The notes below the pieces were generated by a model. It did no database searches. It was not told where the DNA came from and was given only the letters and a program-made list of their open reading frames with translations. A stretch of DNA of 62,463 nt, filler included, from Craspedostauros australis (Eukaryota): the NCBI GenBank assembly GCA_030167865.1. It is 10 parts of 10 records of this genome, joined end to end, with 100 filler letters (N's around TTAATTAATTAA, not from the genome) between each part and the next. Parts side by side here need not be neighbours in the genome. Positions count along the whole stretch, not along the records: positions 1 to 17,522 come from JALAGF010006613.1; positions 17,623 to 21,528 come from JALAGF010006615.1; 8 more parts are not named here. The stretch is one strand, 5' to 3'. Both the position numbers and the translations under genes were made by a program. The number at the start of each line of letters is the position of its first letter. Position 1 is the stretch's first letter. Below are positions 9,001-18,977 of this stretch, piece after piece.

Positions 9001-11931
9001 AAAGTCGGAGATCGACTGTTCATGGACACATCGAGTGTTCAGACGTACAGTTTCGGCCGAGGCAAATACTGGCTTCTGGTTATCGACGATTGCAGTGATT
9101 ACTGCTGGAGTTTCTTTGTGAGAGAAAAAAGTGACGTCGGATCCAAGATGGTGGGGTTATTACGGTGGCTTCAGGCGAATCAACAAGTGAGCGTGAAAAA
9201 TGTGAGATGTGACAACGCGGGAGAAAATTACTCCACGGAGAAGCAACTACTTAATGCTGGATTCGGACCGACTTTCGAGTACACCGCCGCGGCCACTCCC
9301 CAACAAAATGGTCGCGTGGAGCGAAAATTCGCGGTACTATACGGAAAGGTGAGAGCTATGCTGAACCAGACGCATCTACCGAAGAGCCCTCGAAGTAAGC
9401 TGTGGGCAGAAGCAGCTCGCACAGCCACGCAATTGGAGAACATCATCGGAACAAAGACAAGAGAACCAGCTTGCATCCTATTCAACGAACAGATCCCCAC
9501 CTACGTAGATGGACTGCGTACGTTCGGCGAAATAGGTATGGTCCACATCGGAGGTCGAACAATCAAGGCGAAATTGGATAGCAGATCCAAGCCGGCTATG
9601 TTCGTCGGATACGGTCAATCGCATGCTAGTGGTGTGTACCGGATGATGAATCTAGCTACAACGAGAATCCTAATCACAAGAGACGTGACATGGATGAATC
9701 AGTCATATGGGCAGTTCAAGGGTATTGCGAACGCCAACAGGTCAGTACTGATAGATCTGGAAGATGACGACTCTACATCGGAGATACCTTCCCCGAATAA
9801 TAGAGTAACTTGGGAGCGACGTGAGGACACCATGAAGGGAATGGAGACCGACGACGCAGATCAGAGCAGAGGAGCCGGAGTCGATATAGATACAGAAGAC
9901 GCTGCTCAAGGGCAAGATGACTTGCTCCCCACCCAAGGGGACGACGAATCGTACGATGATAACGACGATGAATCCGGAAGGGACAACGAGAAGGAACAAT
10001 ACGAGTCGGGCGAGGACGAGCCAGACGAGGTCCCAATCACAACTCCTGTCAGAGGCATGCCAAGGATGCTGAAGGCTCTCGCAGGGTTCAACAACTCACC
10101 CATTCCCAAGGAGGAACGAGACCTAGGATCCAGTGGAGAGTCAGAATCAGATGAAGGAGAGAATGAGACCACTCCAACAGGAGGACAAGATTTCCACACG
10201 AATTGGTCAACATTCAACAGAGACGTCGCAGGAATGATGATAGATACTACTCATGGTAAGATGAGACTCGATGACTTCATCACTGCGAGCCAAGGATTGA
10301 ATCAACAATCACTCGAAGAGAGGTACGAGCAAGCTAATGTCGCAATGATGCTAGACCCTACCACATTCGAGGAGTGCTGGGATCATGCAGATCCCGAGAA
10401 AAGAACGAAATGGCGGGAGGCCATCAACAAGGAGTTCAACGATATGACCAGAAGAGGAGTATGGGGAAAGATCAAGATGAACCAAATGCCGAAGGATCGG
10501 CGATGCGTGAAGACCAAATGGGTGTTCAAGGAGAAGAGGAACGGTGTGTTCCGTGCAAGACTCGTCGCATGCGGATACTCACAGATTGCAGGGGTTGACT
10601 TCTCAGCACACCACGCACCAGTGATACACGACGCAACCTACCGCGTCATGCTCACAATGAAGATGTTGTTACACTTGGACAGCATCATTATCGACTTTGA
10701 GACAGCATTCTTACATGGAGAACTCGAGGAGGAGATCTACATGCGATGCCCCAAGGGTATGAAGCATGAAGCCGACGAATGCCTGCTACTCAAGAAGACG
10801 ATTTATNNNNNNNNNNNNNNNNNNNNNNNNNNNNNNNNNNNNNNNNNNNNNNNNNNNNNNNNNNNNNNNNNNNNNNNNNNNNNNNNNNNNNNNNNNNNNN
10901 NNNNNNNNNNNNNNNNNNNNNNNNNNNNNNTGATCGGAACCTACGTTGACGATTGCTTATGCATCGGAGAGGAACAGGAACTGAAGAAGCTAGTGAGGGA
11001 TATCAAGGCAGAGCAATTCGGAATCAAGGTGGAAGAGGATCTCGAAGACTATCTCAGTTGCAAGATCATATTCAACCACGACCATACGAACTGCTGGGTG
11101 AACCAACCGCACATCATCAAGAACATCACCGATACATTCAAAGACGACGTGATGAAGCTACAGCGGTACGGTACACCAGGGACACCAGGGCAAGGCATCC
11201 AAAGGGACAGCGACTCGCCCAAGGTGGACAAGGAACGACACAGCAGGTACCGAAGTGGAGTAGGTATGCTGCTATACTTGGTGAAACACTCCCGGCCCGA
11301 CATCGCTAACGCAGTACGCGAACTGACCAAGGTATTGGATGGACCAACAGCCATAGCATACAAGGAAATGCTAAGGGTCATGAAGTTCGTGTCGGACACG
11401 AGAGAATATGGACTAAGGGTGAAGCCCGATCCATTGGAGAACGATGCATGGAGAATTGTTGTATACACCGACAGCGAATTCGCTGGTGACAAGGACAACC
11501 GCATCAGCGTAGGAGGGCACATCGTGCTACTACAAGGAGTGCCAATCATCTGGAGATCGAAGGCACAACGCAGCGTGACACTGAGCTCAACGGAAGCAGA
11601 GTATGTCGCACTATCGGAGGCCGGAAAGGAGATCCGCTTCCTCACCCAACTGATGAGAGACATCGGGTTGGAGATGCACAGACCAGCAGACGTGATGGTT
11701 GACAACGTGGGAGCAATCTTTATCGCTTCCAACCCATCCACATCCGCCAGAACCAGACACATCGATATACGACATCACTTCATTCGAGAACTGATTGCGA
11801 ACAGAGAGGCTAGAGCCCGGTTCGTACGTTCAGAGGACAACATCGCAGACGGATTCACCAAGAATACAAAGAAAGAGATCTACGACAGACACAAGGGCGA
11901 TATCATCCAGCTAAGGTCAGCACTGGACTAG
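6043..11931 (+). CDS. Copia Gag-Pol polyprotein (Gag, 2x CCHC, extra domain, PR, IN, RT, RNase H)
   Basis: CRNCGAYGHKKADC and CNYCGKKGHKIVQC knuckles; WLGDSGAS protease; HHCC plus RCDNAGE/PQQNGRVER integrase; FRARLVACGYSQ and YVDD RT; YTDSEF, SSTEAEY and NIADGFTK RNase H; PR-IN-RT order is diagnostic of copia. Confidence 0.95.
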   Translation: MSSXLFKSDRVVVFDGKRSSWKGWSIKFITRATRKGLGDFYLMDYDDVVVKPAPFSSDPLAPIPKTEEGASEPKKVSSLTRAERAEYKKMLAKYAFEELTVAINHETXXXXXXXXXXXXXXXXXXXXXXXXXXXXXLERIYEQRTAPMKAKLLAQLNGMRLKKGENPDTFLTEMEVLRNRLGNTGINMDMQQYHMLVLNALGKEYEMDVKIIELRFLGKEETMTIEDIRETMSATYDGRNIKGGNSNRGGNNSKEEMALAAIGSFKGNCRNCGAYGHKKADCRSAAKKGNGKNKSKGQGNGGGKPKFNGECNYCGKKGHKIVQCFKLRAAMKEADSANVATDGMDGADDVALTASDEMMCVFINEDATEDENVINEKLNKITEFANQDRNVTTQDRVISHDDDVMMDDMAFITIDVDGTASFESGTSNAERAWTSEDMAKHSPREYGYYGPPINDGEMIKDELFSSDVETEDPDDVVTEHHEGTTDEEDADVTEMAMTGVDNDNIDRAINEPVYSLPSRPSALDDMIERSSRRDMNNGWCPLCLKRGPLYAWCVDCPNIPFFIQLANEPRDAVPRNEGERMVRREVLEETSGMLFETARCSLSNVLSPNDVRSELSLICFDAVHDIATLRLTGVEPRSLYYLMHQIGVRGALDICVNAYRMNGMLESVRLQPIQQALIGAMSSTASEQLMWMHHPSINGVRDYRTHCELTLYSDANGHEMAMVIGDLDDVDTRKSTIAPXXXXXXXXXXXXXXXXXDANGHEMAMVIGDLDDVDTRKSTIAPDRHEVNTWLGDSGASCHLTNNDEGMTNVRTANHSIKVGSGRYLRATKVGXXXXXXXXXXXXXXXXXXXXXXXXXXXWVNLLSINKALENGFDISNRGVIMSLEKKGQRIRFDRIIATHSGFVSGVNMIAAPAHDDQANVGVSTKKPIDINKIHKMLXHVDTYTISRTAGRYGWNVTGKLNACVDCAIGKSRQRGLTKTLQPRAKKVGDRLFMDTSSVQTYSFGRGKYWLLVIDDCSDYCWSFFVREKSDVGSKMVGLLRWLQANQQVSVKNVRCDNAGENYSTEKQLLNAGFGPTFEYTAAATPQQNGRVERKFAVLYGKVRAMLNQTHLPKSPRSKLWAEAARTATQLENIIGTKTREPACILFNEQIPTYVDGLRTFGEIGMVHIGGRTIKAKLDSRSKPAMFVGYGQSHASGVYRMMNLATTRILITRDVTWMNQSYGQFKGIANANRSVLIDLEDDDSTSEIPSPNNRVTWERREDTMKGMETDDADQSRGAGVDIDTEDAAQGQDDLLPTQGDDESYDDNDDESGRDNEKEQYESGEDEPDEVPITTPVRGMPRMLKALAGFNNSPIPKEERDLGSSGESESDEGENETTPTGGQDFHTNWSTFNRDVAGMMIDTTHGKMRLDDFITASQGLNQQSLEERYEQANVAMMLDPTTFEECWDHADPEKRTKWREAINKEFNDMTRRGVWGKIKMNQMPKDRRCVKTKWVFKEKRNGVFRARLVACGYSQIAGVDFSAHHAPVIHDATYRVMLTMKMLLHLDSIIIDFETAFLHGELEEEIYMRCPKGMKHEADECLLLKKTIYXXXXXXXXXXXXXXXXXXXXXXXXXXXXXXXXXXXXXXXXXXIGTYVDDCLCIGEEQELKKLVRDIKAEQFGIKVEEDLEDYLSCKIIFNHDHTNCWVNQPHIIKNITDTFKDDVMKLQRYGTPGTPGQGIQRDSDSPKVDKERHSRYRSGVGMLLYLVKHSRPDIANAVRELTKVLDGPTAIAYKEMLRVMKFVSDTREYGLRVKPDPLENDAWRIVVYTDSEFAGDKDNRISVGGHIVLLQGVPIIWRSKAQRSVTLSSTEAEYVALSEAGKEIRFLTQLMRDIGLEMHRPADVMVDNVGAIFIASNPSTSARTRHIDIRHHFIRELIANREARARFVRSEDNIADGFTKNTKKEIYDRHKGDIIQLRSALD

Positions 11932-12322
11932 TGGAACAGCAAGTGGGATGGTGGTGATGAAGGGCAAGGGAGAGCAGAGTCAAGAATGATATATTGTCGA
12001 TGCGACAATGGAAGGGTGTCAGGANNNNNNNNNNNNNNNNNNNNNNNNNNNNNNNNNNNNNNNNNNNNNNNNNNACGACATCACTTCATTCGAGAACTGA
12101 TTGCGAACAGAGAGGCTAGAGCCCGGTTCGTACGTTCAGAGGACAACATCGCAGACGGATTCACCAAGAATACAAAGAAAGAGATCTACGACAGACACAA
12201 GGGCGATATCATCCAGCTAAGGTCAGCACTGGACTANNNNNNNNNNNNNNNNNNNNNNNNNNNNNNNNNNNNNNNNNNNNNNNNNNNNNNNNNNNNNNNN
12301 NNNNNNNNNNNNNNNNNNNNNN

Positions 12323-13010
12323 TGTCAGGAATCGGGGGTACGCTTTTACCGAGATACCCATGATTGCCGCACCTCCCAATAATATCTTCACAACTCGACG
12401 AGATCAACTTTATTGGTAACACTCGGACCACCTTGCAGCCTGTCCCCCATCAACTCTCTGTTCATGAATGACATCAACATCAGTCATGTCCCACCATGGA
12501 ACCTATCCATGAACCACCACTGTGATGAGGGCGAACCTACGGATCGACCTCTAGGGATGTATTCGCACATGAGCCAAGACTATAGGCGAAACTGTCGATA
12601 TGTATCAGACATGTCGACGCGCATCGACGGACAAGGGATCGCTTCTCTGAGAAAGAGAAACGGAGGCGATGCCTCTATCCGCTCCAGAGCACGATCGACG
12701 ACGTGACATGCATTCATCATAACCAGCGTGTATGCAATATCGGATCAGAAGGAATGCTGAGGAACCGAAGTCAAATGGGATCGATCAGACTGAGACCCAT
12801 GCTGAAGGTACCTGTGCGTCTATGAGAGATGATGCTCGAATGTAGAAGATGCAAAGCAACCATGGACGTGTGCATGATCATGGTGAACTGCTACGAATTT
12901 ACACTTGCTGCTGAATTGGAATTGAAGAGTCAAGGAGTTTGTTCTCACAGTTCTAAATTGGTACAGATTGATAACAGATTAATCTACTACCTAACCCCGG
13001 ATTTCCAACA
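12323..13010 (+). repeat. 3' LTR (688 bp)
   Basis: Matches the 5' LTR except for ~13 substitutions, a 67-bp deletion and a 1-bp insertion; the true LTR start is also seen at 12017 before a gap. Confidence 0.95.
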
Positions 13011-13140
13011 CCCCTCTTTAACGGTCATCACTGTAAAAAGTACGTTGGGAATAATAGGTTAAATATCGGATCTCATAACAATGTCAATGACATGTCCACA
13101 AGCATACTCATACAGTATTGATATTTGTTGTTCAAGCTAT

Positions 13141-13351
13141 CGAGTCCCGTACAACGCGTCTCCAAAACAAAAAATGGAAAGCACAATAGAAAATGGATTT
13201 CGCTTTTCCATTAATTGAAAGTCAGTACCGATAATGGAAAATAAAATGGAAAATGGAAACGCGTTTCCCATTAATGGATTTCGCTCCAAAAAATGGAAAG
13301 TAATTGGGTCCAGCGCAATTCTAAAAGGACACCCTCAACCACTCGTGAATG
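13141..13351 (+). repeat. ~210-bp cassette CGAGTCCCGT...TCGTGAATG, copy 1
   Basis: Same end motifs at 15880-16088 and 26894-27126; internal AAATGGA/CATTAAT repeats. Confidence 0.55.
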
Positions 13352-15879
13352 AGGCCCCACACCGACATTCCATCACAGGCGGTCTTCTCTGCCCCACACA
13401 ACTTGTTCGCAGATCATTCTCTGACAAACACAACAACACGAGTCTCAAGACCCAAGATGACAATGAATATGACCCAGTTGAGCGACAGGACCTGCAGTCG
13501 GTCCTGGAGTGGTGGCAATATATGTGACTATAGACCAAACCACTTGCATATGAATAAACTAGATAACAATGTAAGATTCTGTGTGGAAGTAGATTTTGCT
13601 CTAAGGCATTATTTTATTTTTTATGGACCCATCAATTTTTCTGTCATCTAAACACGACTAGCGCACTACGGCCAGACTCCATTGCTTGCTGTGTTGGTTG
13701 GTATCGCCAAAAACAGGATTGTCGATGTCGACTTCAATGCAATGCTATTTGTTAGTCCTTCCATTGCGGTTCTGACTCGTTGCAGCCACTGTGTTCTCAC
13801 ATTCTGTTCCACCATCTCAGGAGATGCCGCATTTTCCTTCATTATTTGTGACTCACACGCAACTTGCTCGGATGTTTCGATTTCTTCTTGTTGTAGCACG
13901 ATTTCTTCCTCTTCTGTTGTTGTCTGTTGTGGAGGCACGATTCCTGCGTCAGTGCTGTTTGTGTTTGTTGTGTTCGTTGTATTGGATGCGTTTTTGCTGG
14001 AGCATGCGATTCGGTTCATCGTTGGTTTGGATTTCAATGTCGCACCCGTCGTCGAAAGTTGCGCCTTTGAGCACAGGAGGCAAGAGCGTGTCTGTTGCAG
14101 AAGTTGGATTGTGCTGCTTACCATCCATATCCAATGGAGGCAACAGCTTCTCAGCAGTAGATGGTGCGACCAGTTCTTTGCGATCAATTGGATCCGATGG
14201 AAAGGGGCGCACAGATCGAGAGGATGGCAAACGCTGCATCTTGGAGGGGGAAGGATTGGCATCCTTGGATGCAGCTTTCGAGGCAGAGACGAGCATGATA
14301 CTGATTGATACTGATGGGTGGATGGAGAAGACTACTATTGATGGAAGTGAACTGAGCAGGAGGAGGGCAAGAAGGTGACGATACAAGCACTACATGAATA
14401 TGCAATAAGCACAGCACACCACCGCAGAGAAGCAAAGGTTGATTCCGTGCCGAAATGTGAGGAGATTTGTGACGTGACGAGAGTAAGAATTTGAACGTGT
14501 ACGTTGACATCTAATAACGGTTACTCGCTGAGAAAATGTGTTCGAACAGGTCAAACAATGATGTCACTGAAACACCAAATTCTGTACGCAACCCGTCAAA
14601 ACAAAGTTCATTCCCGAACGTGTCTGCGCACATCACGTTGTTTGCGATGGGAAAACTAATCAATGCCACGCGATCATCACGGAGCAGCGTGCATATTCGA
14701 CCAAGAGGACCGGAAACCTACAAAGATCCATAAAATTTAAAGAAAGCCATTCAAGCAAAATCTGCGTCCATGCCTTATGCCAGCAGACGATTGAGGGATA
14801 ATTGTAGATTATGATTACCTTCCTTCCTTCTTGCCTCCACCTGCTCTACTTTGCGTTACTCCACAAGTAGCGCACTCTGCCATGCCGTCTCTGCTTANTC
14901 CGTGCCTGTTCCAAGAACCACGCCTGAATTCCAAACCTGCGCCACCTGGTCGCTCATTTACTTGCTTCCATGTTTTGGCATCAAGTTTGGTNGTGGCATG
15001 TTTTCCATATGTTGGCCCTGCAGTTACGACTGAGTTGAGTCTCGCATGGTTGGACTCGACTGACTGGTCTCAGTCACGGACGTTACTGGACTTGATCCAG
15101 TGCTGGCAACAGTAGATACATGACTGGACTCAATTGGGAGACTAGGATATTCTAGCTAGTTATCNNNNNNNNNNNNNNNNNNNNNNNNNNNNNNNNNNNN
15201 NNNNNNNNNNNNNNGTTCCAAGAACCACGCCTGAATTCCAAACCTGCGCCACCTGGTCGCTCATTTACTTGCTTCCATGTTTTGGCATCAAGTTTGGTAG
15301 TGGCATGTTTTCCATATGTTGGCCCTGCAGTTACGACTGAGTTGAGTCTCGCATGGTTGGACTCGACTGACTGGTCTCAGTCACGGACGTTACTGGACTT
15401 GATCCAGTGCTGGCAACAGTAGATACATGACTGGACTCAATTGGGAGACTAGGATATTCTAGCTAGTTATCAGTCTAGGTCAGTCCATGACGATTCTTAT
15501 AGTTGATCTAATTTATGGATATGTGAGTGGCTTGGTCCAAATTGCCGTAAGTTGCCACCACCCCAGGACCGACTGCAGGCCCCGTTGCTCAACTGGCGAA
15601 AAAGTACTTCGTTGGTGGGCGAATTATGGTGCTGTTGACATGAAGTACGACCAAGATACACTGCAAACATTCCAGCTCTGTTGTCCATCTGGTAGGCAGA
15701 AGAGAACAATCCAAATTTCTGTTGCGTCAACGATAGCTACGCATACATTGCAGCAGGTGAGTGTGCCCAGTTGAGAAATGTGGAGAGCACTCGCTGGTGA
15801 GAAACCGATGAGGTTGTGTTCTGGTTCTGCATCGCACGCGACTTCGATCACTCTCCACACTTGTCGCAGAGGCGGACGA

Positions 15880-16088
15880 CGAGTCCCGTGACCGATGCTC
15901 CGAAACAAAAATGGAATCGTATTGGGCCCAGTGCACTTCCATGAAAAAAATGGAAACGAGAAATGCATTAATGGAAACAGTCGCGACCAGCGCACTTCTA
16001 TAGAACAAAAATTGAAATGAGAAATCCATTAATGGAAATAATCAAGACCAGCGCATTTCTTTAGGCGTGAAAGTCTAATTCGTGAATG
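15880..16088 (+). repeat. ~210-bp cassette CGAGTCCCGT...TCGTGAATG, copy 2
   Basis: Shared ends with copy 1; internal repeats CATTAATGGAAA...GACCAGCGCA. Confidence 0.55.
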
Positions 16089-17440
16089 AGGTCACAAAGA
16101 CAGTCGCAATGATGTTTGACATTTGTTTGTGTACTAAAAAATATATTGGTCATAGAGAGATGCGACAATAGTCACTGATTCTGTAAACCGGGATGGACGG
16201 TCATTGTCATGGTTTCAATCATGCCCAACGAAGTGTTCCGCACACATCAGTGAAATAGAGGTCGAGTTAGTCGTACATCGACCATTTTTCTGGACTTGCC
16301 GGGTGTCCCAGGTTGATACCGTGTCTGGTAATAGTCTGTCCCTTATTGAATCTCAACTATGTATGTGGAACCATCTGCGATTTTTATTTTGGCGAATGAA
16401 TGAGTTTGACGCAGCGCCAACACAACGAGAGAGCAAGTGCAAGAGAGAGAGAGAGAGAGAGAGCAACGAGTGCGAGATCAATCCGTCTATCCATTCATTC
16501 TCTATTGATTTCTTCTTTTTATTCTCATCGGTTGTAGCCTCAATTTCTCATCATTTGCACTGGCATCGTGAGAGACGATCGCGTGTGTATCATGATTACG
16601 TCCCTGGTGGCCGAACGCAACACGGTTGGATACGATCGATCTGTTCTTCGTTGGTTGCCATTTGGAGTTGTGTTGGCTGTCGGCGCCGATCGTCTCAGAT
16701 ACGACGATTGAAGCATCCGCAGTGAATGGGAAAGAGCATAGTCGTTGGGTGTGTGATGTGTGATGTGAGTTCACTGTGGCAGACGTTCTGTCCTGCCTGT
16801 TGTTGTCGGTTGGTGTGGGACGCTGGATCGTTGGTACACGAATCCATCATTGGTGATCTCATCGTGTCGTTTTCTTGATTTTCGGACAAACTTTGGTTCT
16901 TCGTTGTTCGTTTGTTAAATGTAGTTTGTCCTTGTGAGCAACAAACGACATTTGCACTTAACCATTGACGATTCCCATCCAATCAGATTCGACCGAGGTG
17001 CGCCAATTTCGCACCCACATTTTCGATCAAGACAACAAAACCGGATCGGGCATCGACCATGGCATGCAGTGTATTGTCGAGTATGAGACAAGTAGATGAC
17101 GCCAAGCCGATCTTCGAACCATAATGGAACCACAAAAGCGCAGCGCTCACAATGGTGCAGGAGCGCGTCCATAGTTCCACATATTTCGGAAGCCGCTGCA
17201 ATTAGCCCACTGCTGTCGCCGATCGTCAATTCTGTTGCTTGAGTCGTTGGCCTCGTGATGCAAAGCGGTAGGAAATCATGCCCCGCACCATCTCCAGCAT
17301 CCGGGTCATCCGCAAACTTGCGTAGCTTGCTGAATCAATGCCATGTTCATCTCCTTCCATTGGTGGAATTCGAAAAGGCCAACACCACACGGATCCGCGA
17401 GCACTTGAAAGTCAACACACTGTCTGCCGGAGTCCGGAGC

Positions 17441-17522
17441 TATCAACATCTAGATCGAAATTAGGTACCCATCTCCCATGACTGAAACGTGATTCACTAT
17501 TTTTTGATTCGACTCGATTTGA
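17441..17522 (+). mobile_element. 5' end of LTR-like repeat (TATCAACATC family), cut by scaffold end
   Basis: Near-identical reverse complement of ~2739-2819. Confidence 0.7.
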
Positions 17523-17566
17523 NNNNNNNNNNNNNNNNNNNNNNNNNNNNNNNNNNNNNNNNNNNN

Positions 17567-17578
17567 TTAATTAATTAA
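17567..17578. other. Artificial scaffold linker TTAATTAATTAA (also 21573, 23102, 27191, 31521, 43689, 46599, 49615, 59317)
   Basis: Identical 12-mer with stops in all six frames, embedded in N runs nine times. Confidence 0.97.
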
Positions 17579-17622
17579 NNNNNNNNNNNNNNNNNNNNNN
17601 NNNNNNNNNNNNNNNNNNNNNN

Positions 17623-18411
17623 GAGGTACTCGGGGTCTACGACGTTCTTCACACCGTGCGCTGCAGCGGTGGCTCGGAGACGTCGGTCGAAGACCATGAA
17701 CTGGTCGTCGCTCTTCAGGATCGGATAGTCGCTGAGGTTCCGCTTGATGCCCTTGTCGAAGGCAGCGGCTCCATCAGAGANNNGTTCAGGTGGTGNTGGT
17801 GGNGTCACCATGGACGACATGGTGGGTTCGGGTGTNGGNNTGGAGGCNTCCACGCGNTTCTTGAGTTCAGCTCTCATGAAGCTCTGGAGCCTCGCAGCAT
17901 TCAGGCCAAGCCAGACGGAGTCGCCGTCGCCAGCTTGCGCGTCATACCACACTGGGAGTGCAAGGATCTTGCGAATGTGCAGCGCAGTCAATCGGCATGA
18001 GTATGGGTCTCCCGAGGTGGGAGTGAAGTCGCGATGAAGACCGTCAAGGTCTTCCTTGGTGAGGAAGGTGAGGTCGTCAACATTCTCCACCGCTGCGTCG
18101 ATGATAACGCGGCGATGGTCGGAGTCGTCGGAGATACCNNNNNNNNNNNNNNNNNNNNNNNNNNNNNNNNNNNNNNNNNNNNNNNNNNNNNNNNNNNNNN
18201 NNNNNNNNNNNNNNNGAGAAGCGGATACGCTGTGCTCGGTGTGTTCGTTTGTTCGGTTCGTCACGGAGAAGCGGATACGCTGTGCTCGGTGTGTTCGTGT
18301 GCGCTGCCTTGGGAGGCTCTTGTTCTTGTTCGGTTCTTGCTTCACGTCGTCACGTGATGCAATTGGTTCGGTGCTGATGGGATCAGCTCGGTGGTTCGGA
18401 GGGGGGTTCAC
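17623..18411 (-). CDS. CoDi-type copia Gag, N-terminal part
   Basis: FDKGIKRNLSDYPILKSDDQFMVFDRRLRATAAAHGVKNVVDPEY resembles diatom CoDi Gag; lies just downstream of an LTR and PBS. Confidence 0.8.
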
Positions 18412-18435
18412 TCAGTCAGGTCAGGACGTAGTGCT

Positions 18436-18449
18436 TGCGACTGTTAATC
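18436..18449 (-). promoter_or_regulatory. Primer-binding site complementary to the tRNA-Asn(GUU) anticodon arm
   Basis: GATTAACAGTCGCA immediately after the LTR-terminal CA; its complement TGCGACTGTTAATC is an Asn anticodon stem-loop sequence. Confidence 0.65.
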
Positions 18450-18977
18450 TGTTATCTCGTTACTGTACACAGCGAAATCACACGAGTCCTTCAAGAGAGA
18501 TCAAGTCTTTCAGGACGAGGGTGACAAGCTGGTGAGTGAAGACACTGTTTGGGTTGAGTGACTTCTGTTCTTATGTTATCTTCATTGAGTTGTATCTCAT
18601 GTTGTTGTCTTCAAGGTCAGCTCTCGGTCATTGCACCTCTGCGATCTTGTTCTGATGTGGAGATGACCCATGATGTGGCGATGATGTCTTCTGTGTCGAC
18701 GTCACTCATCACCGTTCCATGGCTCTGTCGATTCCACATTCCATTGATGATGCTTAAGGTCGTCGGGTGTGTTGTCATTTCAGGTTTAGTTGGGAAGTAT
18801 ATCAGGTCGAATTGGACATCACATGTTTGCCGGGTGGTGGCCAGACCGAATCTCTGATGTTCNNNNNNNNNNNNNNNNNNNNNNNNNNNNNNNNTGTCTG
18901 AGGAAAGCATCGTTTCAGCACATACAAGGACAGACTAATCAGAAAACGAATCAGGTGAATAAAGCGTTGTGCTAATA
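18450..18977 (-). repeat. 5' LTR of CoDi element (TA...CA, ~528 bp)
   Basis: Matches 59585-60110 in the opposite orientation with identical boundaries. Confidence 0.9.

Larger units (their letters stand above)
5207..13010 (+). mobile_element. Near full-length Ty1/copia LTR retrotransposon
   Basis: Two ~98% identical TG...CA LTRs; flanking direct repeat CCCCTC (5201-5206, 13011-13016); PPT GGAAGGG before TGTCAGGA at 12017; single polyprotein ORF. Confidence 0.95.
4985..13092 (+). mobile_element. Probable ~300-bp LTR (4985-5206 + 13017-13092) split by the copia insertion
   Basis: Polypurine tract GGGGGGGAAA (4975-4984) directly before TGTCA; candidate end TGACA at 13088-13092; the end position is inferred from the terminal inverted motif only. 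Confidence 0.5.

Noticed and set aside
13666..14386. Possible secreted-protein gene
   Set aside because: Overlapping low-complexity ORFs in several frames with no recognisable domain; cannot choose a frame.
16200..17440. Short ORFs near the (GA)n tract
   Set aside because: No motifs and multiple stops; unsupported.
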